Notes under the pieces: generated by a model
The model's input: only the letters and a program-made list of their open reading frames with translations
Databases searched by the model: none
What the model was told of the DNA's origin: nothing
Shown here: positions 39,447-49,019 of the stretch, piece after piece
Layout: every line of letters starts with the position of its first letter
How positions within the stretch are numbered: the first letter of the stretch is position 1
Assembly (NCBI GenBank): GCA_963578605.1
Contig: CAUZEA010000001.1
Coordinates: forward strand, 83,749 to 147,748
Source: Planctomycetota bacterium
Lineage (GTDB): Bacteria; Planctomycetota; Planctomycetia; Pirellulales; Lacipirellulaceae
DNA: 64,000 nt
Direction: 5' to 3'
Program-made: the position numbers and the translations under genes

Positions 39447-39478
39447 GAGGCGTCGTGCTCAAACCGAGGCGACGCCTC
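39447..39478 (+). promoter_or_regulatory. Leader stem-loop between the duplicated TATAAT modules and the start codon
   Basis: GAGGCGTCG-14 nt-CGACGCCTC is a perfect 9-bp inverted repeat, followed by AGGAG 8 nt before the GTG. Confidence 0.4.
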
Positions 39479-39501
39479 ACTAAGTTCAGGAGCTGGTAAT
39501 T

Positions 39502-40044
39502 GTGCTGTCAGTAAGACCCAAAATCGCTGAGTTGGTATTTCAGCTTTATGGACGTCCACTTCATCCGGAATTGTTTGAGATCCACCGTGCGCGCACGATC
39601 GATCGGGGCGGTTACTCTGCGACGGTTCAAATTACCAGCACAGGACACCTGGTAACCTGGCAATATGAAGGGCTGATTCTGACGGAAGTGGCAACGGCTG
39701 CCCATCATCCCCTGCCGCAAAAGCGAAGGTTGATGTCCCATCAACTCAAGGGATGCTGCGATGACCGGGTTAATTGTCGAGGCGGGATCCACTACGAAGT
39801 CGAGTTCTCGCTGGAACCGGTCAATCAGGATGCCTTTTGGCTTTACCAGAAAGAACTCACGCTAGCCGGAGCGCGTAAAGGAATGGTGCACCATTTTGAA
39901 TCGAGCGGGCGCTTCGGGTTGGGAGCCCTGAGCTACATCAATTTGGAATCTCGCGATCGCAGCCTGAAAGTCCAGGCGTTTCACACCTTTCCCGATGACC
40001 ACGCGATCGTCAAGACCCAGTCGATCTTTGCGCTGCCCAAATAG
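39502..40044 (+). CDS. Hypothetical protein, DUF2617-like (tentative)
   Basis: GTG start with an AGGAG Shine-Dalgarno. N-terminal LVFQLYGRPLHPELFEI resembles the DUF2617 signature as I recall it. Confidence 0.6.
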   Translation: MLSVRPKIAELVFQLYGRPLHPELFEIHRARTIDRGGYSATVQITSTGHLVTWQYEGLILTEVATAAHHPLPQKRRLMSHQLKGCCDDRVNCRGGIHYEVEFSLEPVNQDAFWLYQKELTLAGARKGMVHHFESSGRFGLGALSYINLESRDRSLKVQAFHTFPDDHAIVKTQSIFALPK

Positions 40045-40101
40045 CCAGGGCAACATCCGGGCGGGGGATCGGTGTGTCAGCAGCGGGTGCGCCGGTCAGC
40101 A

Positions 40102-41970
40102 TCACGGTTGCTGCTGTGAGGCCAAGGTCGTTTCAAAAAGATCCAGTTGTCGCTGCAGAACCTGCATCGAACCATCTTTTGCGACTGCCACGCGTTGATA
40201 TTTCACCGCGTTTTCGTAGTCACCTGCTGCGTAGTAGCACCGCCCCAGCGTATCGAGGTATCCGGCCGAACTCTCTCCCTCGGGCAACAAATCGAGTGAT
40301 CGCTGGGAATAACGAATCGCCTTTTGGAAATCACCCTCGGTGTTGCTGACCAGCCATGCCCACTGGTTATAGGCCATGGAGTCGTCCGAGGTGTTGTCGA
40401 TTTCACGTTGAAACTCCCGAGTTAAATCAGCGATCCGCATCCTGACTTCGTCGCGCCACGCATCGTCGATATCACCAGCAGTGTACATCGCGATCACGAC
40501 ATCGGCATCCTGGGGACCGAGTTCGATGGAAGCCCGCAGGTGCTTTTGCTCACTGGCGTTATCTTTTTGGTCCCGAAAGTGGGCAGCCATAAAAAAGTGG
40601 CGCCGTGCTGCCAGTCGTTTTGGCGTCATGAGCCACGATTCACCGCTAGCCGAGGTAAACCGCTTCCGAATCCGATTGTAAGTATTGCGGAAATCGGTGT
40701 CCTGCTCCATGCGTTCTTCGAGGGGCTGAAGGGCCTCTGCGGCTCGTTTGTGTTTGGTGGTATCAAACAGCAGATTGGAAAGCCAGGTGCGGGCGACCAG
40801 CGACCATGGTGAGTCGATTGGTTCGGCATCGATCGTAGCTCGATATTCCTGCTCGGCCCACTCCCACTGACCGCGGTGCAACAAGAAGCTATGGGCATCG
40901 GACAACCTTTCCAGGGGTTGTTGAACAGGGCGATGTAGTGCGCGTGTAGCCAGTTGTTGGGCCTCCTCGAGACGTCCCTGTGCCTGGCGGGCAATCGCCG
41001 CCACATACTGGGGTCGACGCGATTGGGCAAGCCGCTGCTGGTAGCGCGTCAGTAGTTCGTCGAGTGCCTCCCAGGCTTCGATCTCGGAAAACCAGTCAAT
41101 CAATTCAACCATCGTCGTTTCGAACTGATCGGGATCGTGATCGAGAATTCGTGCCATCATGTCGAGCGCCTGTTCGGTCTGATCTAACTCCTGGCAAAGG
41201 TTCAGCAAATGCCACATGAGTTCCACCACAACTCGATCGGTGGTTTGATCCATTCTGCTTTGCGAGGTCGCACTCGCGCTACGAACAAGGTCTGCTTCGG
41301 CATCGATGATCTCTTTCCAGGACTTGAGCGCCGCCTGCGGAGCACTCAGCTGCTGGACGTAAAGCCGTAACCAGTCGGACCCCCGTCGGCTACTGCTGTC
41401 AAGCTCTGCGGTGATCGTGGCAGGGTCAACTTTTTGTGGTTTGTCCTGACGGTTTTTCGATCGCAGCAAAGCTGTTGCTGCAGTGCGGGAGACGTACTCG
41501 ACCGGATCAAACCGCACAATGCGGCAAAGAGGTGCTACGTTGTCGGAGCGCGGCATTCTTGCAAGTTGCTCGATGATCTTAACCCGTTGATCATCCGACT
41601 GATTTCCATAGTCACTGAACTTGGAGCGAATAGCGGGGGGATCATCCGCGTCAACCCAGGGGATCGAAATCTTTCCCAGCAAGTATCCAGCCGCAGCGGC
41701 AATCTCCGGATCGACATGGCTGACTGATGCATGCAGCTTGTCAAAGGCAGGAATCCCGATCTGGCGAAGTTGCTGTTGAGCCCGCCGCCTTTCGACGTAC
41801 CGCTGGCTACCTAGTTGAGAGATCAGTCGGTCGAGCAACTGCAGTTTGGCAGAGTCGGCCTCTGCCGCCCCCGGGTCGAGACCAACTCGCCGCGCATCGT
41901 CGGCGCGAATCACGGAGGTGAGCAGCACGAAGCCCAGCAGTGGCAAAAGAATCGATTTGGCTAACGTCAT
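40102..41970 (-). CDS. Secreted TPR/HEAT-repeat protein
   Basis: Signal peptide MTLAKSILLPLLGFVLLTSVIRA. C-terminal TPR units include AGYLDTLGRCYYAAGDYENAVKYQRVAV. Confidence 0.75.
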   Translation of the reverse strand: MTLAKSILLPLLGFVLLTSVIRADDARRVGLDPGAAEADSAKLQLLDRLISQLGSQRYVERRRAQQQLRQIGIPAFDKLHASVSHVDPEIAAAAGYLLGKISIPWVDADDPPAIRSKFSDYGNQSDDQRVKIIEQLARMPRSDNVAPLCRIVRFDPVEYVSRTAATALLRSKNRQDKPQKVDPATITAELDSSSRRGSDWLRLYVQQLSAPQAALKSWKEIIDAEADLVRSASATSQSRMDQTTDRVVVELMWHLLNLCQELDQTEQALDMMARILDHDPDQFETTMVELIDWFSEIEAWEALDELLTRYQQRLAQSRRPQYVAAIARQAQGRLEEAQQLATRALHRPVQQPLERLSDAHSFLLHRGQWEWAEQEYRATIDAEPIDSPWSLVARTWLSNLLFDTTKHKRAAEALQPLEERMEQDTDFRNTYNRIRKRFTSASGESWLMTPKRLAARRHFFMAAHFRDQKDNASEQKHLRASIELGPQDADVVIAMYTAGDIDDAWRDEVRMRIADLTREFQREIDNTSDDSMAYNQWAWLVSNTEGDFQKAIRYSQRSLDLLPEGESSAGYLDTLGRCYYAAGDYENAVKYQRVAVAKDGSMQVLQRQLDLFETTLASQQQP

Positions 41971-42021
41971 AATAGGTTGGAACAACGATGAACACCGGGG
42001 GCGAACACACAAACTCACAAC

Positions 42022-42465
42022 TTAATCCCGCTCTTCGATTTTTTGGATGTACTGGCGCATCCGCTCCACCTCATCGGTTACGTGGCGGAGTCGCAGCATG
42101 TTCTCAATCCGTTTGAGAAGTTCTACCTTATTGACAGGCTTTGACAGGAAATCGTCGGTTCCCGCTTCCACCGCGCGTTCAATATCACCAAGTTCGTTGA
42201 GTGCCGTGACCATCAGAATCATGATTCCACTGGTGGCAGGGTCGCTCTTGAGCTGACTGCACACTTCGAACCCACTGAGCTTGGGCATCATGATATCAAG
42301 CAGAATCAGGTCCGGCTGAAAGGAACTGACCTTCTCGAGTGTCTCCTGGCCATCCACTGCGACCGCTGTCTCCACGTCGAGACCGCTCAAATATGCGTCA
42401 AGCAGTTCTATATTCTGCTCGTTGTCGTCAGCGATGAGTATGCGACTGCTGGGGGTGTCGTCCAT
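42022..42465 (-). CDS. Single-domain response regulator (CheY-like receiver)
   Basis: ILIADDNEQN...PDLILLDIMMPKLSGFEV...MVTAL...FLSKP. Confidence 0.9.
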   Translation of the reverse strand: MDDTPSSRILIADDNEQNIELLDAYLSGLDVETAVAVDGQETLEKVSSFQPDLILLDIMMPKLSGFEVCSQLKSDPATSGIMILMVTALNELGDIERAVEAGTDDFLSKPVNKVELLKRIENMLRLRHVTDEVERMRQYIQKIEERD

Positions 42466-42515
42466 TACGGTGATGGTTCTTACGAGGAATGGGGATTAAG
42501 GAAACGAAGGATTAC

Positions 42516-43781
42516 TCAAGCCGTCACGCTGTCTGCAGTTAACTCCGCAGTCGGAACCGGGAACTGCTGGCAGAGTTCGCCCACCTGGGCCCGAATCGTG
42601 CTGTGGAGCGCCTGGTCGTCGGGGCTCCTTAGCCCCCCGAGCATCCAGGCAGCAATCGTGCGCATCTCGGCAGGTCCCATCCCGCGGGTCGTCAACGCAG
42701 GCGTTCCCACACGGATACCGGAGGGATCCACCGGTTTGCGCTGGTCATAGGGAATCATGTTTTTGTTGACAGTGATAGCGCAATAATCGAGTACCTTTTC
42801 GGCGATTTTTCCACCAATGCCCAACGGGGTTACATCGACCAGCAGCAGGTGGTTGTCGGTACCCCCACTCACCAGCGACAAACCACCTGACAGGAGGGCG
42901 GCAGCCAGTTCCTGGGCATTGTTCATGACTTGCTGGCAATAGGTTTTGAACTCGGGGCGGAGCGCTTCGTCAAAACAGACGGCTTTGCCGGCGATGACGT
43001 GCATCAGCGGCCCTCCCTGGATGCCAGGAAAGACTTTGCTGTTGATCGCTTTGGCATATTCCTGTTTGGCAAGACAAATGCCACCGCGTGGGCCACGCAA
43101 AGTCTTGTGCGTGGTCGAAGTAACAAAGTCAGCCACCGGTACCGGGTCGTCATGCAATCCGGCAGCTACCAAACCAGCGTAGTGGGCCATATCGACGAGT
43201 AACTTGGCATCAACTTCGGCGGCGATTTCCGCAAATTTCGCGTGCGGGATCTCGCGTGGGTAGGCACTTGCACCCGCCACAATGAGTTTGGGTCGAAGTT
43301 CGCGGGCAAGCCGGGCAACCTGGTCAAAGTCGATTCGATGGGAATCGCGCGACACGCTGTAGCTATGGAAGTTGTAGAGCATGCCCGAAATGTTCAATTT
43401 CATGCCATGCGTGAGATGACCCCCATGGGCCAGATCCAGTCCCAAAACGGTATCACCGGGCGACAACACCGCCAGGTAGATCGCCGTGTTGGCTTGGGAC
43501 CCTGAATGGGGTTGGACATTGGCGAACTCGGCACCAAACAACGCTTTGGCCCGATCGCGGGCCAAATCCTCGACGACGTCGACATATTCGCACCCACCGT
43601 AGTAGCGTCGCCCTGGATAACCCTCGGCATACTTGTTGGTCAACACGCTGCCGACCGCCTGCATCACGGCCGGGCTGGTGTAGTTCTCGCTGGCAATCAT
43701 TTCCAACCCACTCTGCTGACGCTCAATTTCGTCGGCAATGGCGGACCACAGTTGGGAATCATGTTGAGCAAGATAATTCAT
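42516..43781 (-). CDS. glyA: Serine hydroxymethyltransferase
   Basis: [36 protein letters not shown]...[12 protein letters not shown]. The ORF-track start at 43859 is an extension. Confidence 0.95.
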   Translation of the reverse strand: MNYLAQHDSQLWSAIADEIERQQSGLEMIASENYTSPAVMQAVGSVLTNKYAEGYPGRRYYGGCEYVDVVEDLARDRAKALFGAEFANVQPHSGSQANTAIYLAVLSPGDTVLGLDLAHGGHLTHGMKLNISGMLYNFHSYSVSRDSHRIDFDQVARLARELRPKLIVAGASAYPREIPHAKFAEIAAEVDAKLLVDMAHYAGLVAAGLHDDPVPVADFVTSTTHKTLRGPRGGICLAKQEYAKAINSKVFPGIQGGPLMHVIAGKAVCFDEALRPEFKTYCQQVMNNAQELAAALLSGGLSLVSGGTDNHLLLVDVTPLGIGGKIAEKVLDYCAITVNKNMIPYDQRKPVDPSGIRVGTPALTTRGMGPAEMRTIAAWMLGGLRSPDDQALHSTIRAQVGELCQQFPVPTAELTADSVTA

Positions 43782-43884
43782 TGGAAATGAGGGGCTCCAG
43801 GTGAAAACAGCAGGATGAAGGCTACCCTTCATTGTTGAATTGGGTCCGAGCAGTGTCAATCGGAGTGCCCGATCGCGATCGAGG

Positions 43885-45195
43885 TCACCGATCGTGTTGG
43901 ATCGTCACGCGGAGTGTGCCGTCATTGTCGCCAAGGCGGCCTGGTGAATCATTCACACTTAGATAAAGCGTACCGTCATGCTGGGGGCGGACGGTTGTAT
44001 CCAAACCGAGCACCCATGGTTCGAGAAAATGGGCAGCACGTGATGGTTTCCCGCCACCAGGGTCGATCGCGCCCAGCAACACCCCGAGCGGATTTCCGCG
44101 ATGATACTCCAGCGACACTCCGCCAGGCTCACACCACCAGGGTCCCGCCTCGTCCGCGGAAATCTGGTACCGCCCGCTGGCCAGGATCCGGTAGGTTTCT
44201 CCCGATTTCAGCAGCAGTTGTGAGGACTGCCAACCCCGATCGACACGCAGGTCAACCGTCTCACTGCCAGCGATCGGCTTTCCGGGCTGAAAATCGATCG
44301 CCGTTCGCTGAATGTCGTGCCCGTGGTCAAGCGTGGCCACGAAGTTTTGCCACTCGATCGAAAGCTCATCCCAATCGTCAGCGAAGAGATTGCGAACCCG
44401 CGTGTTGAAAGCAGGATCTCGCACGTGGGCGAGTAAAGAGCGAAACCGCTCACGATAACGCGGATGATCGTCCAACAAGCGTGCGGCAGCCCAACACCAT
44501 GCGTAAGCTTTGTTATCGAGAAATTTCCGGTTGTCGGTGGCCAGAACCGCAGGCAGCGTCATCGCCTGGTGGTCTGCAAAGGCATCTTGAACCAGCTTGA
44601 TGCGGCCAAGCATGGGCACCTCGCTGCGCGAAGTTGGCAGGTGGCGAAGCACAAGTCTGCCACTTGCCCGATCCAACCGATGGGTTGCCAACAGCTCGGC
44701 CATGCCTTCCATGAACCAGCCAGGGCCACAACGCCCCAGCTGCGTTGCCATGAAAGCATGGGTCCCTTCGTGCAACAGCAAGTGGCGACGGTAGTACGGG
44801 GTCGGTTGCTCAACCAACCAGAGTTCATGACCCCGCGTAAATCCGTGGCGAAAACCGTCGTTCCCGGGCGGCATGAGACCAACCGCATCAAACCTGGCAC
44901 GATCTTGAATCAAATACGCCCGCATCCGCCAATCGCTGGTTCTAGATCGGTCAACCCCGAGGGCATCGGCCCACTGGGGAACTGCTTGATCAAAAATGGC
45001 CGGGAGTTGATCCACCTCGGCATCGGCAGGGAGATCGGTGTAGAGCGTGAGATGCTGACTTTCGAGCTTGCGGATCCCGGCGGCACCGATGCGGGTTTCA
45101 TCCACTCCAGGGACCTGGGCCAACAGCTGGGACGCGAGCAGAACCACGGTCCACAGGCTGACCCGGCAAGTTGAGAAAGTGCATTGAAAAGTCAT
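43885..45195 (-). CDS. Exported HExxH zinc-metallopeptidase-like protein (DUF1570-like, tentative) with a beta-rich C-terminal domain
   Basis: Signal-like N-terminus [16 protein letters not shown]. Motif [13 protein letters not shown]. Confidence 0.7.
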   Translation of the reverse strand: MTFQCTFSTCRVSLWTVVLLASQLLAQVPGVDETRIGAAGIRKLESQHLTLYTDLPADAEVDQLPAIFDQAVPQWADALGVDRSRTSDWRMRAYLIQDRARFDAVGLMPPGNDGFRHGFTRGHELWLVEQPTPYYRRHLLLHEGTHAFMATQLGRCGPGWFMEGMAELLATHRLDRASGRLVLRHLPTSRSEVPMLGRIKLVQDAFADHQAMTLPAVLATDNRKFLDNKAYAWCWAAARLLDDHPRYRERFRSLLAHVRDPAFNTRVRNLFADDWDELSIEWQNFVATLDHGHDIQRTAIDFQPGKPIAGSETVDLRVDRGWQSSQLLLKSGETYRILASGRYQISADEAGPWWCEPGGVSLEYHRGNPLGVLLGAIDPGGGKPSRAAHFLEPWVLGLDTTVRPQHDGTLYLSVNDSPGRLGDNDGTLRVTIQHDR

Positions 45196-45243
45196 TTGAT
45201 TGCCCGCGGTCAGGATTTGGCTGCCACTCGGGAAGTGGCTGTC

Positions 45244-48200
45244 CTACGGACCGAACAGTTTCTGAAGCGCTTTGTTAAGCTCTCCGCCAAGTTCCTCGCC
45301 GAGCGCGCCGCCAGCCACTCCGCGGAGAAGCTGCGTGGAAAGCGCCATCACTGCGCTGGCATCGACAGCAGGACGTGAAAGCGTGCCGCGCACAGGGATC
45401 TTCACCACCTGACCGAGCAACCCGGCGAGCCACGGCACATCGGCCACCCAATTGTCGGGGATCGGAATCATAACTGTTAGATCAAGTGTTTGGTTCAAAC
45501 CAACCGAGCCCTGTGAGCGCACAATCACGTCACCGACGTGGAACTCCAAACCTTCATGATACACACGTCCGCCGACAAGGCGGAATGGAACGGCGCAATC
45601 GCGGATTTCCAGCAGCTTCCTGGGAGGTCGATTCACCAAAGCCTGCGGATTTCGGTTCTTGAGCAGATCCTCGACAGTCTGAGCCAGGCCGACCCATTGT
45701 TCGGTCGACGACCCGGGCAAAACATCGATCGTATGAATCTCTAACGTACCCGCCACATCCGCTTGCTGGCCATCCACAAGTGGTAGACGAGCTGCCGCCA
45801 AATCCATCGAAAAAAGACCTTCGCTCTGGGTTGCATCCGCCAACACGGGTGCGATGTATTTGAGCATGACATCGCTCACTTCGGGTGAGACGTTGACGTT
45901 GGTGAACAACTTCCCGGGAGGCAAGGTCAGCTCACCAGGGGCGGGAGCGATTTTTAGCACCGGCGCCGTTGAAAAGCGTCCCTGTGCCACGGCAAAATCG
46001 AGCGGGGCAAATCGAATGCTGCCGCTGGCAAGTTCGCCTTGTACAACCCCGGGACCCAGTGTCAGACCAAACACCCGGGCACCCTGCCATGGCGCGGCAA
46101 ACTTTGCGCGTAAGGCCTGGGCCCAGTGATCAGCGGACGTTGAGACAAGTCGTGCCGGAACTGCCGGATTCGAATTCACGCCAAGCAAAGGGCCAACCAC
46201 ATCGAATGTGGCCTGCTCGCGACCCTGGAACTCGACCGTGGTACCTACGTATGGCTTGATGAGCGCCGTAATCCGGGCCAGATCATAGTCCAGCGTGCCG
46301 CGAAGGTTGACATCACCGGTTGTTTGCAAACGAGCCACCGTCCCGCTGGTCGTCATCGTGAGGGTTTGCGAACTGATTTGCAGAGCATCGAGCGAAAGAA
46401 GTTCCACTTGTTTTTGGTACGTTGTCTGCCCAGTGACTGTAAGAACGGGTTCCTGCCAAATGGTTTCGTAGCCACCTCCCTGGGGTTGAAGCTGAGCTAG
46501 CGTTAAGTTGTCTCCCTGGAGATTGAGCTCGGCACGGACCTGCTTCTGGCTTCCCTCAAACCGCAGGTTGCCCGTCACCATGCCACTGGTTTTCCAGGCG
46601 GGACGCTGGCCTGGGATACTCCGCAGCGAGCCAAGTCTGGCCACATCGGCCCGCACTGTCAGCGTTCCCAAGGCCACGGGCAACCCCTCGTCGGGGAACA
46701 CCACCTGCACGTCTCGGCCCGCAACCTCGGCAGTGCTACAAACGAATTGCAGCTCTCGGGAAACGAGTTGGCGCTGCCTGCCGTCCCAACGCAAATCGCC
46801 AGTCAGTGTGACGCGTGGCTCATCGATTTGCCAGCCTGACCCCACCCCGTGGAGATTGGTCACTACGAGTTTGCAACTCGAAACATCGAGCTGATCTGCC
46901 GCCAGGCGAAGCTCTGTGTTCAAATCGAGTTCACCATCCACTTGCCACGCAGTCGTGTTGACGATTGGGTGGGCCCGCGCGAGCCACCGTCCGACGTGTC
47001 CCTGGGCACGAATGGCTAAAGACCAGAGCGGAGACTCTTTCTTGAAGTCGATCACACCCTGTATCGTGGCGTCGAGCATGTCGTCTTCGGCACGCAGCTG
47101 CAACTCACCCGCATCCAATCGGACAAGCCGCCCTGTTTGATCGAGTGCTCCCTGGACCGTGGTGGTGATCTGCAGTTGCGGTTCCTCCCAAACCGTGGTG
47201 CCACCCGATTGAAGGGAAAAATGATCGAGGCGAAACGAACTGTCAGCCGCAAATTTCCCATCCGCAGTTTTCTGCCACACCAACTGCGCGGTGCCGGTAC
47301 CGGCAGGTTGCCACGCGCCCAAATCAATAAACTGACCAAGCTGCCGGGCCAGCCGGCTGAGATCAAACTGAGCCTCTGCGCGAAGATTCTGCGCATCGCC
47401 CTGGGCGGTAATTCGGCAAAAGTCCGCCACGCATTCAAGCCGGTCGATGCGGAACTGGTGACCACCGAGCATGGTCTCGAAATCGATACGAATTGGCTGT
47501 TCCCACCGCAAGACTTGTCCGTGGCTCGTCGCTACGAGTTGGGCGGCGTCCAAGGAGCCCGAAAGCTGGTGCCCCCCCTCCAGCGGTTGGTTGCGAATCG
47601 CGAGGTTCAACGCTCCGGAAGTGATGGTTGTCCCTGGACGAATGTGGAGGGTGTTGGGAAGCATCTCGGCAAGCCTGGCCAGATCAAGATTGCCCTGCAA
47701 GGTAAAGTCTTGCGGAGCGATCACGTCGCGCGATGTTCCACCGGTCAGGGAGGCCCATTCGATGGTCCCTTGAGCGGTCAGAGTGCCAATTTCCGAGCGA
47801 CAGGCAAGTTCGTTGATCAAAACCTCGCCGCCCTGCGTGTAGATATTCCAGGGGGCATCGACACGCCGCAAACGAAAACGGTCGGCGGCGAGGCTTCCGG
47901 CGGTAAAATCAAGCTCCTCGATCGTGAGATTGCCGCTCGAGGCAAACCGGTCCGGCAATATCCCGATCCCCGCCTTGAAAGCATGTCCAGCTGGCAAATC
48001 ATGTCCAGCTGGCCAAGTGGCGAATCCTTCCACGGTAAGCCAGCCGAGCAACTGTGGCCGATCCGTCACATTTTGCAGCCAAGGGGTCAGCGGGCCCATC
48101 GGCACGCGATTACAACGGCAATCAAACCGGTTGCGCCCTTCGGGTGTCTGCCCCAGTCTAACGGCAAAGCAGCCTTCAGCGACGTTGCCTGCGGAATCGA

Positions 48201-48852
48201 CCGGTGGCGTGGGGTTGACAGGGTCTTCTCCCGGAACAACCCGCCCGGCGGCTGTGAGGGCCATCAATCCCTGGTCAGATTGACCCGACCTGAATTCGGC
48301 ATTGGTGTTTTCGATGCGCCAAGTTTGACCGGTCGCCGCATCCTGGACGACGACCGCTGCGTTGGTAACGCGGACCACCGCTTGAATCTCCGACGGCAAC
48401 TCGAGGAAGGAGGACTGTTGCTCTGCGATCGGCTCATTGTGCGACTTCCGCAGGGCCTGGAGAACGTCTTGCCAGTTGCTTCCATCGGGGCGAACGCGAA
48501 GGTAGACCACGGGTGATTCGACGGAAACTGTCCCCAAGCTTCGCGGGTTTCCCAACAACGCCAGTGGTGAGCGATCGATCTTCACCACGCTGGCGGTGAA
48601 CAACGGTTGACCGGCCGAATCGTTTAGCTGTAGGTCGTAGATGGCCGAGGGCGCAAACCAACTGATCGAAGCCCCGCCGCTTGTGAGGCGAAGTCCGTCG
48701 TGGGGAACCCATAGCTGTAAACATTGATTCCGCAAACTGGACTTGGCAATCAGCACCGGTAAAAGTGCGACGACGATCGCCAGCAACAGCAATACCGACA
48801 ACACTCGGGGAAGGACTCTCCCAAGCCGATTCGTGGTGGCAAGTTTCGACAT
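45244..48852 (-). CDS. Large (about 1200 aa) N-terminally anchored beta-rich envelope protein, AsmA/TamB-like (tentative)
   Basis: Start MSKLATTNRLGRVLPRVLSVLLLLAIVVALLPVLIA, followed by a long G/T/L/Q-rich sequence without catalytic motifs. The function call is weak; the CDS itself is strong. Confidence 0.6.
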   Translation of the reverse strand: MSKLATTNRLGRVLPRVLSVLLLLAIVVALLPVLIAKSSLRNQCLQLWVPHDGLRLTSGGASISWFAPSAIYDLQLNDSAGQPLFTASVVKIDRSPLALLGNPRSLGTVSVESPVVYLRVRPDGSNWQDVLQALRKSHNEPIAEQQSSFLELPSEIQAVVRVTNAAVVVQDAATGQTWRIENTNAEFRSGQSDQGLMALTAAGRVVPGEDPVNPTPPVDSAGNVAEGCFAVRLGQTPEGRNRFDCRCNRVPMGPLTPWLQNVTDRPQLLGWLTVEGFATWPAGHDLPAGHAFKAGIGILPDRFASSGNLTIEELDFTAGSLAADRFRLRRVDAPWNIYTQGGEVLINELACRSEIGTLTAQGTIEWASLTGGTSRDVIAPQDFTLQGNLDLARLAEMLPNTLHIRPGTTITSGALNLAIRNQPLEGGHQLSGSLDAAQLVATSHGQVLRWEQPIRIDFETMLGGHQFRIDRLECVADFCRITAQGDAQNLRAEAQFDLSRLARQLGQFIDLGAWQPAGTGTAQLVWQKTADGKFAADSSFRLDHFSLQSGGTTVWEEPQLQITTTVQGALDQTGRLVRLDAGELQLRAEDDMLDATIQGVIDFKKESPLWSLAIRAQGHVGRWLARAHPIVNTTAWQVDGELDLNTELRLAADQLDVSSCKLVVTNLHGVGSGWQIDEPRVTLTGDLRWDGRQRQLVSRELQFVCSTAEVAGRDVQVVFPDEGLPVALGTLTVRADVARLGSLRSIPGQRPAWKTSGMVTGNLRFEGSQKQVRAELNLQGDNLTLAQLQPQGGGYETIWQEPVLTVTGQTTYQKQVELLSLDALQISSQTLTMTTSGTVARLQTTGDVNLRGTLDYDLARITALIKPYVGTTVEFQGREQATFDVVGPLLGVNSNPAVPARLVSTSADHWAQALRAKFAAPWQGARVFGLTLGPGVVQGELASGSIRFAPLDFAVAQGRFSTAPVLKIAPAPGELTLPPGKLFTNVNVSPEVSDVMLKYIAPVLADATQSEGLFSMDLAAARLPLVDGQQADVAGTLEIHTIDVLPGSSTEQWVGLAQTVEDLLKNRNPQALVNRPPRKLLEIRDCAVPFRLVGGRVYHEGLEFHVGDVIVRSQGSVGLNQTLDLTVMIPIPDNWVADVPWLAGLLGQVVKIPVRGTLSRPAVDASAVMALSTQLLRGVAGGALGEELGGELNKALQKLFGP

Positions 48853-49019
48853 CAAGAAGATCCGTGGAGGTTTGTAGTGGTTACCGTGCGACCACCGGGA
48901 AATGCTCCCGGGGCAGCGGCTTGCAAGGACCGGCATTCTAGAAATTCAGGCCGTTTCAGGCCAGCAAGACTGGCCCCGCAAAGCCGGAAAAATTGCGGCA
49001 TGCTAGCATGCAACCGGTT

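Noticed and set aside
38942-39480. Overlapping ORFs (135 aa plus strand, 173 aa minus strand) in the 780-bp gap before the DUF2617-like gene; I also looked there for RNase P, tmRNA, SRP and 6S RNA signatures
   Set aside because: Both ORFs are Arg/Ser/Pro-rich with no motifs. None of the conserved RNA words I know are present on either strand (GAGGAAAGTCC for RNase P, GGAAGCAGCC-type for SRP, tmRNA ends). The region is left unassigned.
47137-48516. 459-codon plus-strand ORF inside the AsmA-like gene
   Set aside because: It is an antisense shadow ORF. It is Arg/Gly/Pro-rich, has no motifs, and lies fully inside a 1200-codon minus-strand ORF.
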